From Vicugna vicugna (taxonomy: Eukaryota), in the NCBI GenBank assembly GCA_013265495.1, contig MU058451.1, positions 824,584-888,583 on the forward strand: DNA of 64,000 nucleotides. The letters run 5' to 3'. Of the stretch, positions 1 through 11,318 are shown one piece after another. How positions within the stretch are numbered: the stretch's first letter is position 1; the number at the start of each line of letters is the position of its first letter. The notes beneath the pieces are model-generated. The model made no database searches, was not told the origin of the DNA, and saw only the letters and a program-made list of their open reading frames with translations. Both the position numbers and the translations under genes were made by a program.

Positions 1-284
1 TGCCTTGAAACTCAAAAGGTATGAAATCTTACATCTTGGTTGTTGAATTACTTTTAATTAATTGAATGAATGAATAAAAAAGGACAACTTTTCATTTAGT
101 AGACTGATTGTTAAAACATACAAGCTTGCTTTTAACTGTGAATATTGGTATGAGGGCCTAGTATGTCAGGTTCACTGAAGAACTCTGCTTTTCAAAGTTT
201 GGTTGACTTTGAATTAATAATGGAGCATTGAAAAAGGTATGTAGTTTGTACATTCCTGCATATGAAAACAACATACCCTAAGAT

Positions 285-420
285 GAAGCAAGATCACTGA
301 GCTGTGAACCTGGGTCAGTGTGTTAACTTTTCCATCCTCTGAGTTACTTGTATGAGCTGTGAGCTGGGGTGGCGCCGTCAACCTACTTTGCGGACCATTG
401 TGAGAAATGGCTCCACAAGG
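285..420 (+). mobile_element. MIR SINE, degenerate fragment
   Basis: gctgtgaacctgggtcagtgtgttaacttttccatcctctgagtt resembles the MIR core; boundaries approximate. Confidence 0.45.
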
Positions 421-959
421 CACGCGTGTCCTGCAAGGGGTGTGGTTGAGAATTTTATCACATCACAGGGTCCTTATTAAGAGTCCGTGGGAGAAATTGC
501 CCTCTTGTTTCTGCAGTGCTTCTGACTCGCTTTTATCTTAGAAATATTATGAATTACAGAATCAACTGTGTTTCATTTGTGGCCTTGGCTCTTAAGAAGC
601 TTAAACATAAATTTATGGCTCTGTTTTTTCAAGTCTTTGGGGTATTATGGTAAGCTAATCTCACCCCTGGCTACCTTTTTTGAAAATTTTATTTTTCTTT
701 ACTTTTCTTTAAGATTTTTAACCTTTCTGCTCTCTTCCTTCTTCCCTCTCTCTCTGTCATGCTAAATATTTTGTAAAAAATGCTTTTTCTTCAAAAAGCA
801 CATGTTGATGAGTAACTTATTTAATCCATAATTATTTGCTTGTTTTACTACAACTATAGCTTTTTGACAAGGAAATTTACAGTTTGCCTTGGACACATAA
901 AATTTATCAAAATGGTCATCACAAATAAAGACACAACCAGTATTTCTATAAGGTTAAGA

Positions 960-1662
960 GCATACATCCTGAAAAGACAAAAACTAATTCGAAAACACAT
1001 GCACCCCAATGTTCATAGCAGCACTGTTTACAATAGCCAAGACATGGATGCAACCTAAATGTCCATCCACAGATGAGAGGATAAAGGAGATGTGGTGTGT
1101 AATATATACAATGGAATATTTCTCAGCCATGAAAAAAGAATGAAATAATGCCATTTGCAGCAACATGGATGGACCTAGAGATTATTTTTTTTAAACTGAA
1201 TTACCGTCAGTTATAATGTGTTAATTTCTGGTGTACAGCACAATGTCCCAATTATGCATATAGACATACTTACATTTGTTTTCATATTGAGATTATCATA
1301 CTAAGTGAAGTCAGACAAAGACAAATATATGATACCACTCATGTGGAATCTAAAAAAAGATACAAATGAACTTATTTACACAGACATAGAAAACAAACTT
1401 ATGGTTACTAGAGGAGAAAGCGTGGGGGAGAATAAATTGGAAATTTGGGATTAACAAATACACACTACTATATACAAAATAGATAAACAACAAGGACCTA
1501 CTGTATAGCACAGGGAACTGTATTCAATGTCTTAAATAACCTATAATGGAGAAGGTTCTGAAAAAGAATGTGTGTATATAAATGTATAACTGAATCCCTT
1601 TGCTGTATACCTTAAATATATTAAATCAACTAAACATCCATTAAAAAAAACAAACAAACAAA
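960..1662 (+). mobile_element. 5'-truncated L1 (end of ORF2 plus 3'UTR, artiodactyl type)
   Basis: cacatgcaccccaatgttcatagcagcactgtttacaatagccaagacatgg...ccatttgcagcaacatggatggacctagag...aaggacctactgtatagcacagggaact; A-rich tail at ~1643-1662. Confidence 0.92.
1186..1288 (-). mobile_element. Short L1 3'-end fragment nested antisense in the 960-1662 L1
   Basis: Poly-T followed by gtcagttataatgtgttaatttctggtgtacagc; TSD GAGATTAT at 1178-1185 and 1289-1296. Confidence 0.85.
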
Positions 1663-2089
1663 CCACGATGCGTTCGTGGCACTCTCCACTGGCTGTTTCT
1701 GGACCCTAGTCTCAGAGTACAATCCAAGAGATGCCCTTGAGAAGCCTGGGAAGAGAAGTGAGCAGAAGACTAGGTCTGCAGTAGTCACATCGTCTCACAA
1801 GCAATGCAGCCAGGTTCCTTTCAACTTAGCACAAATCACGGCTTATCGCACACTTTACTCATTTCTAACCTTTTGACGTTTTGTTCATTTCAGCTGGTTT
1901 GGCTGTCCTGTCCTTATGCTCGATGTGAGGGGCCTCTTGCTTGTAGTTCAGGGCTTTCTTGACTTCAGTTAAAAAAGTAATTACTATTGAAAAATAACTG
2001 ATTTTTTTTTTTTTATTCAGCACATTCCCTGCAAAATTTGGGGATGGGGCTGAGGTTAGGGACCGACAACCCAGACAAACAAACAAAAA

Positions 2090-2400
2090 CTACTCATAAT
2101 CTAACCTCTGAGAAGTAGTGAGTACTACTATTCTGAGAAAATATCTTTTACCTTTTTTATCCTATGCATATGTAAGGTTACATGTATTTTTTTTAAGTAG
2201 GAATGGGATATTGTATGTCCTCCTTTGCAATGTTTTCTTGTTTGTGAAGGTACCACCTTTCCATGTCATTGAATTATGTTATTATGCATATTTATGTTCG
2301 GTGGCTGGATGGTATTCTGTTGTGTGGATATATCTTAGTTTATTAACCAATCCAAAGCAGACATGTAAGTTGTTTCCATTGTAAATACTACTAAGGTATG
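2090..2400 (-). mobile_element. Ancient L1 (L1ME-like) 3' fragment
   Basis: aatgggatattgtatgtcctcctttgcaatg...ggtattctgttgtgtggatatatcttagtttattaaccaatcc, typical of old antisense L1 3' sequence. Confidence 0.55.
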
Positions 2401-3173
2401 GGGGGTGTGTGTGTACACATGCTTTCTCAACAGCTAGATTCTATGATACAAAGTCAAAACATTTCACAACTTCAGTTTAAAATTGAGACACAAATACATG
2501 GTTCCAAGGCAGACTGATATAACAAGGTGATTTTATAATACACATTTACATTAATGCCAGCTGAATACTTCATCTTTATATTTGGTCAGAGAAATAATTA
2601 TAAGTTTAAGAAAATTAATGTAAATAGCCTAATTCATCTGTGTATATAGCATGCACCTGTCTAGACTAGGATTATGAACTAAGTACTAAACATTAATTTA
2701 AAGCAACATCAGTATTTGTTTCTTATAGACCAAGAATTTCAGATGGACATTTTTCCTTTTCAAGCAGAAAGTAGGGGAAATATCTTAGAGGTTGAATTTC
2801 AATGAGCAAATTGTTGATCAAAATTAATGTGCCACTTTCGGGGCAGAACAACCCAATCTTCTTTAGCATAAAAGAATTACGAGGACTATTTTATCTTCAC
2901 AAATAACTGAAAAAGAGGTAGAGATAAAAGAGGTAGGGAGGGAAAAGACAGACAAATCTCCGTAGACATCCCAGATTTACAGGTGGGATTTAAAAGTCCT
3001 GTTGTGTGAAAGAGGCACCATTATAGAGAAACTCTCCTCAAATTACCCAGTCAGAAACGATCCAAAAGGTCCCTGATGGAGCACACCCTTTCAGTATTGT
3101 CGCACTGCGACAGCAAATTAGGTTCATTCAGGCTGACTTCATGCTATGCATCTCTTAAAAAATGCCTTCTTGT

Positions 3174-3339
3174 TAAACAACAAGGGGGTACTGTATAGCC
3201 CAAGGAACTATATTTACCATCTTGTTAGTCTATAATGGAGAAGAATCTGAAAAAGAATATATATATATATATCTATATATCTGAATCACTCTGTACACCT
3301 GGAACATTGTCCATCAACTATACTTCAATAAAAAAATCT
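3174..3339 (+). mobile_element. Short L1 3'-end insertion with internal (TA)n
   Basis: taaacaacaagggggtactgtatagcccaaggaacta...tcaactatacttcaataaaaaaa; TSD aaaaaatgc(c/t)ttcttgt at 3157-3173 and 3340-3356. Confidence 0.9.
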
Positions 3340-4197
3340 AAAAAATGCTTTCTTGTCTGTGCCTCCCTCCCACCTCCCCACACTCAGTCCCCCATCCGAA
3401 TGAGCTGGTTACCTTGGAAACAAGGGCATTGAAAAACAACTCAAGTACAGTGTTAGTAAACTGCATAGGTAAAATATAATAGAGGAACATTTCTATTACA
3501 TTTTAATAGAAATTCTACTATTTTTTAATAGGTGACTCTGCTGCTGTCTTGGTTTTGGGGTCAGGTTTGCTTTGTAACATTTGGTAAGTATCTTAATTCT
3601 TCTATTGTGATATAAACAGTTAATAAGATTGTAGGGATCAAGAAACTTTGTTTTGATGTGACAGAAAGATTGGATTTTGACTGACACGTGGGTTAGTTTG
3701 AATGGGTTTTAGGACCAGGTCTTAAAAAAAAAAATTCCCCTAAACATCCAGGGGCTCAGGAAGGACCATTTCTGCCCCATGCTGACATGTGTAAGCAAAG
3801 GCTCTGGGAGGTTCCTCCTGGTGGGGTCTTCACCACCACTGATTTGCAACAGGAGAGTGAGGTCAACATATGGGCCTCGTTCTGGAAGCTCTGAGTCATT
3901 CCATCTGCCCTCCGCTGTACCTTTGCAACTTTAGTAGCATTTTTCCCACAGTGTGATGCTTAGAACTGCATATCTTCACCCAAGAGTGGGCTGAGTGTAG
4001 CTGTCACGGCATCAGAACAACTGCTGCTACTGTCCTCCCGTCTCTGTCCCTCTCCTTCCTGCTGGAGAAATCGGGTGGCCTTTTGTAGCATATGCTACAT
4101 CCAGCATCCAGCAGATGTTCACGTTTTTTGGATGACACTAAGATGCAGTGTGTAAACCGGGCATGCTGTGAAGGGACCTGGCTGTCAGACTCATTTT

Positions 4198-4432
4198 TTA
4201 AATTGAAATATAATTGATTTACAGTGTTGTGTTAATTTCTGGTATACAGCATAGTGATTCAGTTATACATACATATATTCCTTTTCAGATTCTTTTTCAT
4301 TATAGGCTATGATAAGTTATTAAATAGAATTCCCCGTGCTGTACAGTAGGACCTTGTTTGTTTATTTGGTATATAGTGGCTTGTATCTGCTAATCCCAAA
4401 CTCCCAATTTATTCCTCCCCCTCCCAAATGGG
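4198..4432 (-). mobile_element. Short L1 3'-end insertion
   Basis: ttgaaatataattgatttacagtgttgtgttaatttctggtatacagcatagtgattcag...tgctaatcccaaactccc; TSD gactcatttt at 4188-4197 and 4433-4442. Confidence 0.9.
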
Positions 4433-5959
4433 GACTCATTTTAAAATTACCTTTCTATGCACTCCTCTTTGGTATGAAAGTTGCTTTCAGCAAGGATATC
4501 AAGCCACTCTGACTTTGCTGAACAGACAAATCTATGTTCAATACAAAACTGAAAGAAAAAGTCTCTGTCACATCTTTCTGACCTGTTGTTGACTCAAGCT
4601 TTTCTTCAGTGAGTCAAAAATGAGGGAGAAGTAATAGCCCGGAAGAAAGTGTTTGAAGACGGTGCTGTGTGTCTCTATCCACGTCCTGTGTGTGTATGTG
4701 TTATCTGTCCCCAGCCCGAGGGCAGGACCTGCCTTCCTGTGCCTGGGAGCTCCGGCTTCTGCTGGGGAGCAGGTATACAAAGCCTTCTTTAACTTGCCTG
4801 CCATGAGCGGTGAGATGAAAAACGCCCGCTGATGGTTAACAGATCTGTCCCCTAAGACACCGCTCCTCAGAACATGGCATTTGTTGACTCTGGGTAAATC
4901 TTTTAGTACTTTCGGTCTGTAGGAAGGTTTGGCCAGTAGCCCTTCTGTTGATGGTCATATTCCCTAGCCAGAAATGCCAGTTACCAGTTTTCTTTCTTCA
5001 TCTTCTCATTAAGCCTTTTGTATATTTTTTCTCTGATTCCCAGGATTAGTGATGACATGTGTCGTTTTCATATCATTAAACTTTCTTAAAGGGATAAGGA
5101 TGCAATTGTTTGCAGTTCTCCACTTTGTAGGGTTTTAAATGTTTGAGGATACTATCATTTCTTTTTCACTGAGAGCGAGTGAAATAGGTAAGTATATAGT
5201 ACTGTTTAGCTCACTTAACTCCTATTTATTATAGAAATAAGAACCAGAGCAGTTATTTTTAAGTGAAATAAGCCCACAAGCTTATTTCCAAAAAGCTCAT
5301 TCAAGTAGTTATTTTATCCTTAACAACTTGTTAGAACAAATGAAATTGGCTGAATGTGGGTTTCCTATATTCTGGTGCATTGGAGAATGATGGCTCGATG
5401 GGGAATCTTCTTCCATCTGTTAGGGTAATGAGGAAAAAAAGTTGTCAGTAGGATGGCAGAAAGCAAAGAACTAGGAGCCTGGGAGATCAGCAGACTGAGT
5501 GATCACTCCGTGCCTAGTTAGAAAGAAGTTGCGGCATGGGAGGTGCACCAGATCCCTGCTTCCACTGGGCTGCTAGACAGTGTATCTGATTGCTTCCTCA
5601 CGTGCCTCCAGCATCTTTGAATCTCAGCCTTTGGTCCCAGGGGGATCTTTCCATACCCCATCCATTTTTGTGCCCCACTTGAATTGCCTGTTCTGTGGCT
5701 CCCCAGAGGCTTGTATTCCATGGAGATTCTCATCTTCCCACAGAGCTCTCAAACAGCATTCCATTCTCTCTAGAGGACGGTGGATCAGGGTCTCACCAGA
5801 ATCTTCCTGTATGGCTTGGAGCCCCAAAAGTGGCCTGAAATGGGCTTGTTTTTGGAATCTGACGTTTTATGTATGTTTTAGAGAAGTTTCAGATTGGTGA
5901 AAATGTCTAACTCCATTGTTGTTCACTGAGCTCTCTGTGTGTGTGAGGATCTGTAATAC

Positions 5960-6135
5960 ACACTGTATGTAGTTTTCTTGTTCAGTCTTATCACATGTTG
6001 AGGTAGGGTCCATTTTCACTTTTTGGATGAGAGAACTGAGGCATAGAAAGATTAAGTCACTTGCCCAGGGTCCCATAGCCGGGCTAGAGGCCAGTCCGGC
6101 CCACCAGTACAACCCTGTGCACTCTCTCTACTGCT
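5960..6135 (-). mobile_element. MIR SINE
   Basis: gatgagagaactgaggcatagaaagattaagtcacttgcccagggtcccatagc matches the antisense MIR core. Confidence 0.8.
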
Positions 6136-6149
6136 TATGCTGCCTCTAT

Positions 6150-6922
6150 TCCCTGGCTGATCATCCAGACCACTTTCTCACCTTCGATTTCCTGCCATCC
6201 TGTGCTCCCACAATGCTCATCTTGCAAGACCCCCAAACTGATTTGCCATCCTGCTCCCAAACAGAGACAACTGATATCTGAGAGGGGAAAAACTACAGAA
6301 CTATGTAGATTAGTACCGCGAAGATTCCTGTCTGCTAGCTTAGCGGAGCCCTCTGCATTTCCCGTCAGTCCTTCAGAGCTCCATGGTCAGTTTCTCCCCC
6401 AACCCCCACAGAGGAATTTCAAACCATCACCACTCTCCTCCAGCTCCCTTTCTGCCTCCAAACTCAATAAAGCCTCAAACTTCTGGGAGAAACTGAGTCC
6501 ATCAGAAAATGCCACCCCCTTTACCTCCAAGGTGACTTAGAGCCACGTCAATCCTTACCTCCATATTGCTGGTTTCAAGGTACCAATTTCAGGTTGGGGT
6601 CAAACCCGTTAGCTGGATCCTGTGAAACCCCTCATATTCTCCTGACTCCTCTGGGAACTGGTTCTATTAATCAAACTCCCTCAATTCATCTACCTTTTAT
6701 TCTCTCACTCTTTACAGACGTCCTCCCCTCAGCCTAAAACAAGCCCATGTCTTACCCAATCAAAAACCCCAGGTAAAAAAAAAAATAAAACCAATCCTCT
6801 AGCTACCATCAAGTCTCTTTCCTTTCCATGTAACTAGTAGAGCAATAATCTATACTGTTGTTCTCCAGCATCACCTTTTCCCATTCTTTTGTCCATAATG
6901 ATTTAGCTCTTGTTCTTACCAC
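6150..6922 (+). mobile_element. L2 LINE ORF2 remnant
   Basis: C/T-rich degenerate L2-like tracts such as cctcccctcagcctaaaacaagccc...tctagctaccatcaagtctctttcct...tctatactgttgttctcc. Confidence 0.6.
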
Positions 6923-6923
6923 T

Positions 6924-7370
6924 TGTAGTAATCAGGATCCAACCAGGGAAAAATAAACTACTTCAGTGACTTGTTACAAAGAGAATATAATGCAGAGAAA
7001 TGAATTAGATGGGTGGTGGAGTAACTGAGAAACCAGACACGATGGTGAGGTATCCCAGAGGTGGCAACAGCTGGAAGCTACTCCCACACTTAGCACCATC
7101 TTTACTCTGTCCCTCCATTCTATCAGACCTTGGCCTTGGATGACCCAGGGAGGCAAGACTTGGGCTGGTTGGATTATCCTGTGGGCACTGAAGACATGGA
7201 GAGGATTCAGCCCACATACTGCAGGGCAGACCATTACTGTCCGAGAGGAGAAGCAGAAATACCTGACCTCTCTGTCCCTAGATCTTTTAAACTCTCTCAG
7301 CCATGCCAACTGTTGGCTGACCTCAGCCCAGCTGAAGATCAGCAACATATGGAGCCTGGGAAGTGCTTCC
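6924..7370 (-). mobile_element. Old ERVL/MaLR-class LTR fragment
   Basis: Starts tgtagtaatcaggatccaaccaggg, resembling an antisense old LTR terminus; subfamily and far end uncertain. Confidence 0.45.
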
Positions 7371-9914
7371 TGCAGGCTCCAACATCGGGAATACGGAGTA
7401 ATCTGGATGGCATTTCAGGAGATTTTGCAGCTGGCAAGAAGAGAAGTTTACGTGGCAAATGCATACGCATACACATTTCAAGATGGCACCTGATCCCACT
7501 TCCTTGAGCAGAATTCAAATTTGGTCAGGCTTCTTTCCATTTCTGCAAATTCTGAAAATTCCAAAATCGTTTTGCTCTAACCTCATTGTAAAAACCATGT
7601 AACTACTTTCATAATGAATTGATAACCAAATATTTTGTCATGCGTTTCCCATAAAAAGATAAATCCCACCCACTGGAGGATTAATGGAGGAAAAACATAA
7701 AACCAGCTAAATCCCAATGATGGTGACTTGTATGCAATTGTTTTAGGTTTTATAGGAATCTGATACCAATTTGTTAGTCATAAAGCACATTACCTGGATT
7801 TTTATTGACATAATCATTTGGATTATATCTATTAGGCAAAACATTTGAGTCAGATACCTAGAAAATTGCTTGATTACTATTAAAGCTGACTAAAACAAAG
7901 ATTTTGTTTTTAACCAAGATCACAAAGTACGGACTGATTTTTTTTTTAATGCTTCATAGTCTGGAGACATGAGCTATTAAAAATCATTCATTTAAAAAAG
8001 ATAGTGAAAAATCCTGCATGTAGTTAAATTGTCTTTGTTAAGTGTATGGATATTTTTAAGCTTTTCTTAATGAAAGTCCACACAATGTTTAAGCCAAATT
8101 TTGCAGTCTGTCTCAAGCTGAGCCTGTGTTACACATGCCAATAAATGAGTGATACTCCAGGCTGCTCAGGTGTTCCTGGGTGTTCCATATGACACAATTC
8201 AGCTGGATCTTTTCCCCTGACAACTAGTGACTAAATTACATTGAGTTTTTGTTTGCCTTGTACATAGATAAATAAGCTGCATACGTTTTTCAGTATCCTT
8301 GGTATATTAGCTATTTGCTGTGATAAGTGTTTCTCACCCTAAGTCATCCTATGAGCAATGTATTTAATTCTATGACAGTCCTGTGAATGAATGAGAGGGA
8401 GAGGGAGAAAAGGAAGGGCAGGATGAAGAGGAGGATGGTACCCACTGTCGCCCACTGAGGGAGGGGCAGGCAAGACAATTTTGCTTTACTGAGTAGCATT
8501 TGGAAAGAATTCATATATATTGTTTCTGGACTTTTATTTCTGATATTAAACATGATTCCTCTGATTTTTATCTTTATTTGAAAAAGCCTTGTATTCTTTT
8601 TGTAGAAAATCTAGTTTGTGTAAAACAGAACTGGAAACACTGCAAATCTTTGCTACTTTTCCTTTAAAGAGTATTTTAAATGAATCTTTGTAACCTCAGT
8701 ATATGTTCCGAGGCCCTGGTTATCTCAGTTGTCCTGTCCTTAGAGACAGGTGTTCATAGGTTGTTTCCTTGTGTGGTGGTTTGTTTTCAGGCTCCGTTGG
8801 GAAGCTATTTTGAAAATGTGCGGTATTAATCATGAGGGAGACTTAGAGAATTTGTAATGCATAAAACCTAATCATCACCATTTCTTAAAGAAACAATTCA
8901 AAGACCCCTTTGATAGTGGATAAATAGTTTAATCCCAAGCCATAAAAAAAGATAGCATATTATCTTCTGTGATTTATGTAATGGACTAAGGCTTTATTCC
9001 TTTTTTTTTATATGTCTGTCTGCAAAATTTGCTGTCACAAAAAGCCAGCTCAGTGGAAGACTCTTTAATCCCCCTAGACATTTTACCTGCAATTAAGGTA
9101 GTTACCTCTCTACATATAGCGCTGTGGGTTAGAGCACATAAACCAAAATGCTAAGATTTCCTCAAGTGTGGTCAGATGAGGGACTTAATAGAACCCCTGA
9201 TGAAATATTTAATACTTTATTATAATTAGAAACTCAGATACTATATAGATACAGACCAGGAATGAAAGAAACACAAATATCAAGGTACAGATCAGTTTAT
9301 TTTTTCTTCTATTGTGTATAATTACTTTAAGAGTCAAACTTGGGTTCTAGTCATGGTTTCTTGCCAAGTACTTGAAGTTCTCTCATGCAAATTGCAACTT
9401 TATAGTTTTACTGATGGTTGATTTTTTTTTTTAATTCTACCTCACTAGTCTTTTTGTGGCTAAGAGAGAATTGCTCTCTATAGTGAATGGTTTTTCTCTT
9501 TTCCCCTTCCCTAAAGCTAAAAATATGGACACTGTGATTATCCTTTAGCCGATAATTATCCACGTTTATTTAGTTTGTACATCTAATTTACCCTTTCTTC
9601 ATCAGTATTCAATTAATGTTGAATAACCAATTTACTTATCTCCTGCAGTTTTTTTTTACTATGCTTTCTGTTTACTGAATCTGCTTTATTTTTTAAAGAG
9701 TCTTCTATCCATTCATCCATCTACCTACCAATATATACCCCACTTTGTTTCAGAAAGAATTTAAGGTAGACTCTTAAAGGAGATATATTTTAAATCTGAA
9801 AGATTTGAAGTCCAAACTGAATGTAAATCAGATAGTAATTTATTTGTGACAAATTAACTCCTTGCCTGATACTTTCAAGCAAAGTATGAAAACAAGATAT
9901 TTAATGATTCAAAA

Positions 9915-10431
9915 TGTTGCCGAATCCAAACTCATTCTACTTGGCACAAGACAGGCCAATATATTGGGAGACGAAGTGTTGGGGCAAGGGATAACAGCTT
10001 TATTCTGAAAGCCAGCAGACTGAGAAGATGGGAGACTAGTGTCCTGGAGAACCATCTTACTCAAGTCAGAATTCAGACTCCTTTTATACTAAAAAGGGGA
10101 GGGGGTGTGGCTGGCTGTTGCAAACTTCTTGGTATTGGAATCCTTTGTTCTTGAAGCTGTTCATAAAGGTCAGGTCATGATATTCCTGTAAACCTCCAAC
10201 AAGACAAATGTTATTCTCTGTTCTGCAATGTTTTATCTCTATATTAATGGAAAAGTGTTATACCCTTAAAGGTCAGAACCTTGAGAATGGACTATCCTAT
10301 ATATTTCAGACTATAGGCAACATTCTTTTACAAAAGGTGCAGAACCAGTATGACTAAGCACAGGAAACAGCATGGGGTTAGAGCTAAAGGAACAGATCTA
10401 ATATGGAGTCAGATTTGTTCTTCATGTTACA
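9915..10431 (-). mobile_element. Solo ERV1-class LTR (517 bp)
   Basis: TG...CA termini (tgttgc...gttaca) with 4-bp TSD aaaa at 9911-9914 and 10432-10435; minus-strand TATAAAA at 10082-10088 and AATAAA at 9999-10004 in U3-R order. Confidence 0.85.
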
Positions 10432-10862
10432 AAAACATGGAAGTCACATTCTTATAAATAATCATATTTTATTGGTTAGAAATCTAACACTTTTTGATTC
10501 GGTAGGGAGTTGAATAGGATCCACAGGTAAAAGTAGCACTTTTGTTACATAAATGACAGATTTAAACATTGGCCTTTGATTGGAAGGGAGTAGAAATTTG
10601 GAATTTTTAAAAAGGATTTGAGATCAGTAAGTCAGAATAAAGTGATTTAGGAGGAAAAGTGACAGCAAAATGGTAATTATTACAAAAGCAACTGACATGT
10701 ACAAAAGAATGCCAGTTCTTGGAAGGAAAAAGAATTCAGCCCAGAGCTCCAGGAACAGCAAAAACACGACTGTGTCAGACAGTTGTTATCTGGTACAGGG
10801 CAACATAATGTTTAACCTTGCCATGAAAGTAAGCACATGTATCTGTCCTTGAAAAGAATATT

Positions 10863-11318
10863 ATGAACGGACCTGGAGATTGCCATACTAAGTGAAGGAA
10901 GCCAGAAAGAGAAAGAAAAGTACCGTATGAGACCACGTATATGTGGAATCTAAAATGACACAAATGAACTTATTTACAAAACACACGCACAGACATAGAA
11001 ACCAAACTTACGGTTACCAAGGAGGGGGAGGGGAGGGGAGGCGAAGGATAAACTGGGAGTTCTGGATTTGCAGATACTAACTACTATATAAAAAAATAGA
11101 TAAACAACAAGGTCCTACTGTATAGCACAGGGAACTGTATTCAGTGGCTTGTCATAACCTGTAATGAAAAAGAATATATATATATATAACTGAATCACTA
11201 TGCGGTACACCAGAAATTAACACAAATTATAAATGGATTATTTGTCAGTTTAAGAAAATAAAAGCAACTTAAAAAACCTCTCCCAATAAATGAGCCACAT
11301 TAAGCACATCAAAGAAAA
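10863..11318 (+). mobile_element. 5'-truncated L1 3'UTR with extra 3' sequence
   Basis: ggacctggagattgccatactaagtgaag...aacaacaaggtcctactgtatagcacagggaac; TSD aaaagaatatt at 10852-10862 and 11319-11329. Confidence 0.9.

Noticed and set aside
3098..3112. Inverted repeat TGTCGCA-C-TGCGACA
   Set aside because: 7-bp arms are within chance expectation and match no motif I recognise.
4084..4099. Perfect 16-bp palindrome TGTAGCATATGCTACA
   Set aside because: About one such palindrome is expected by chance in 64 kb.
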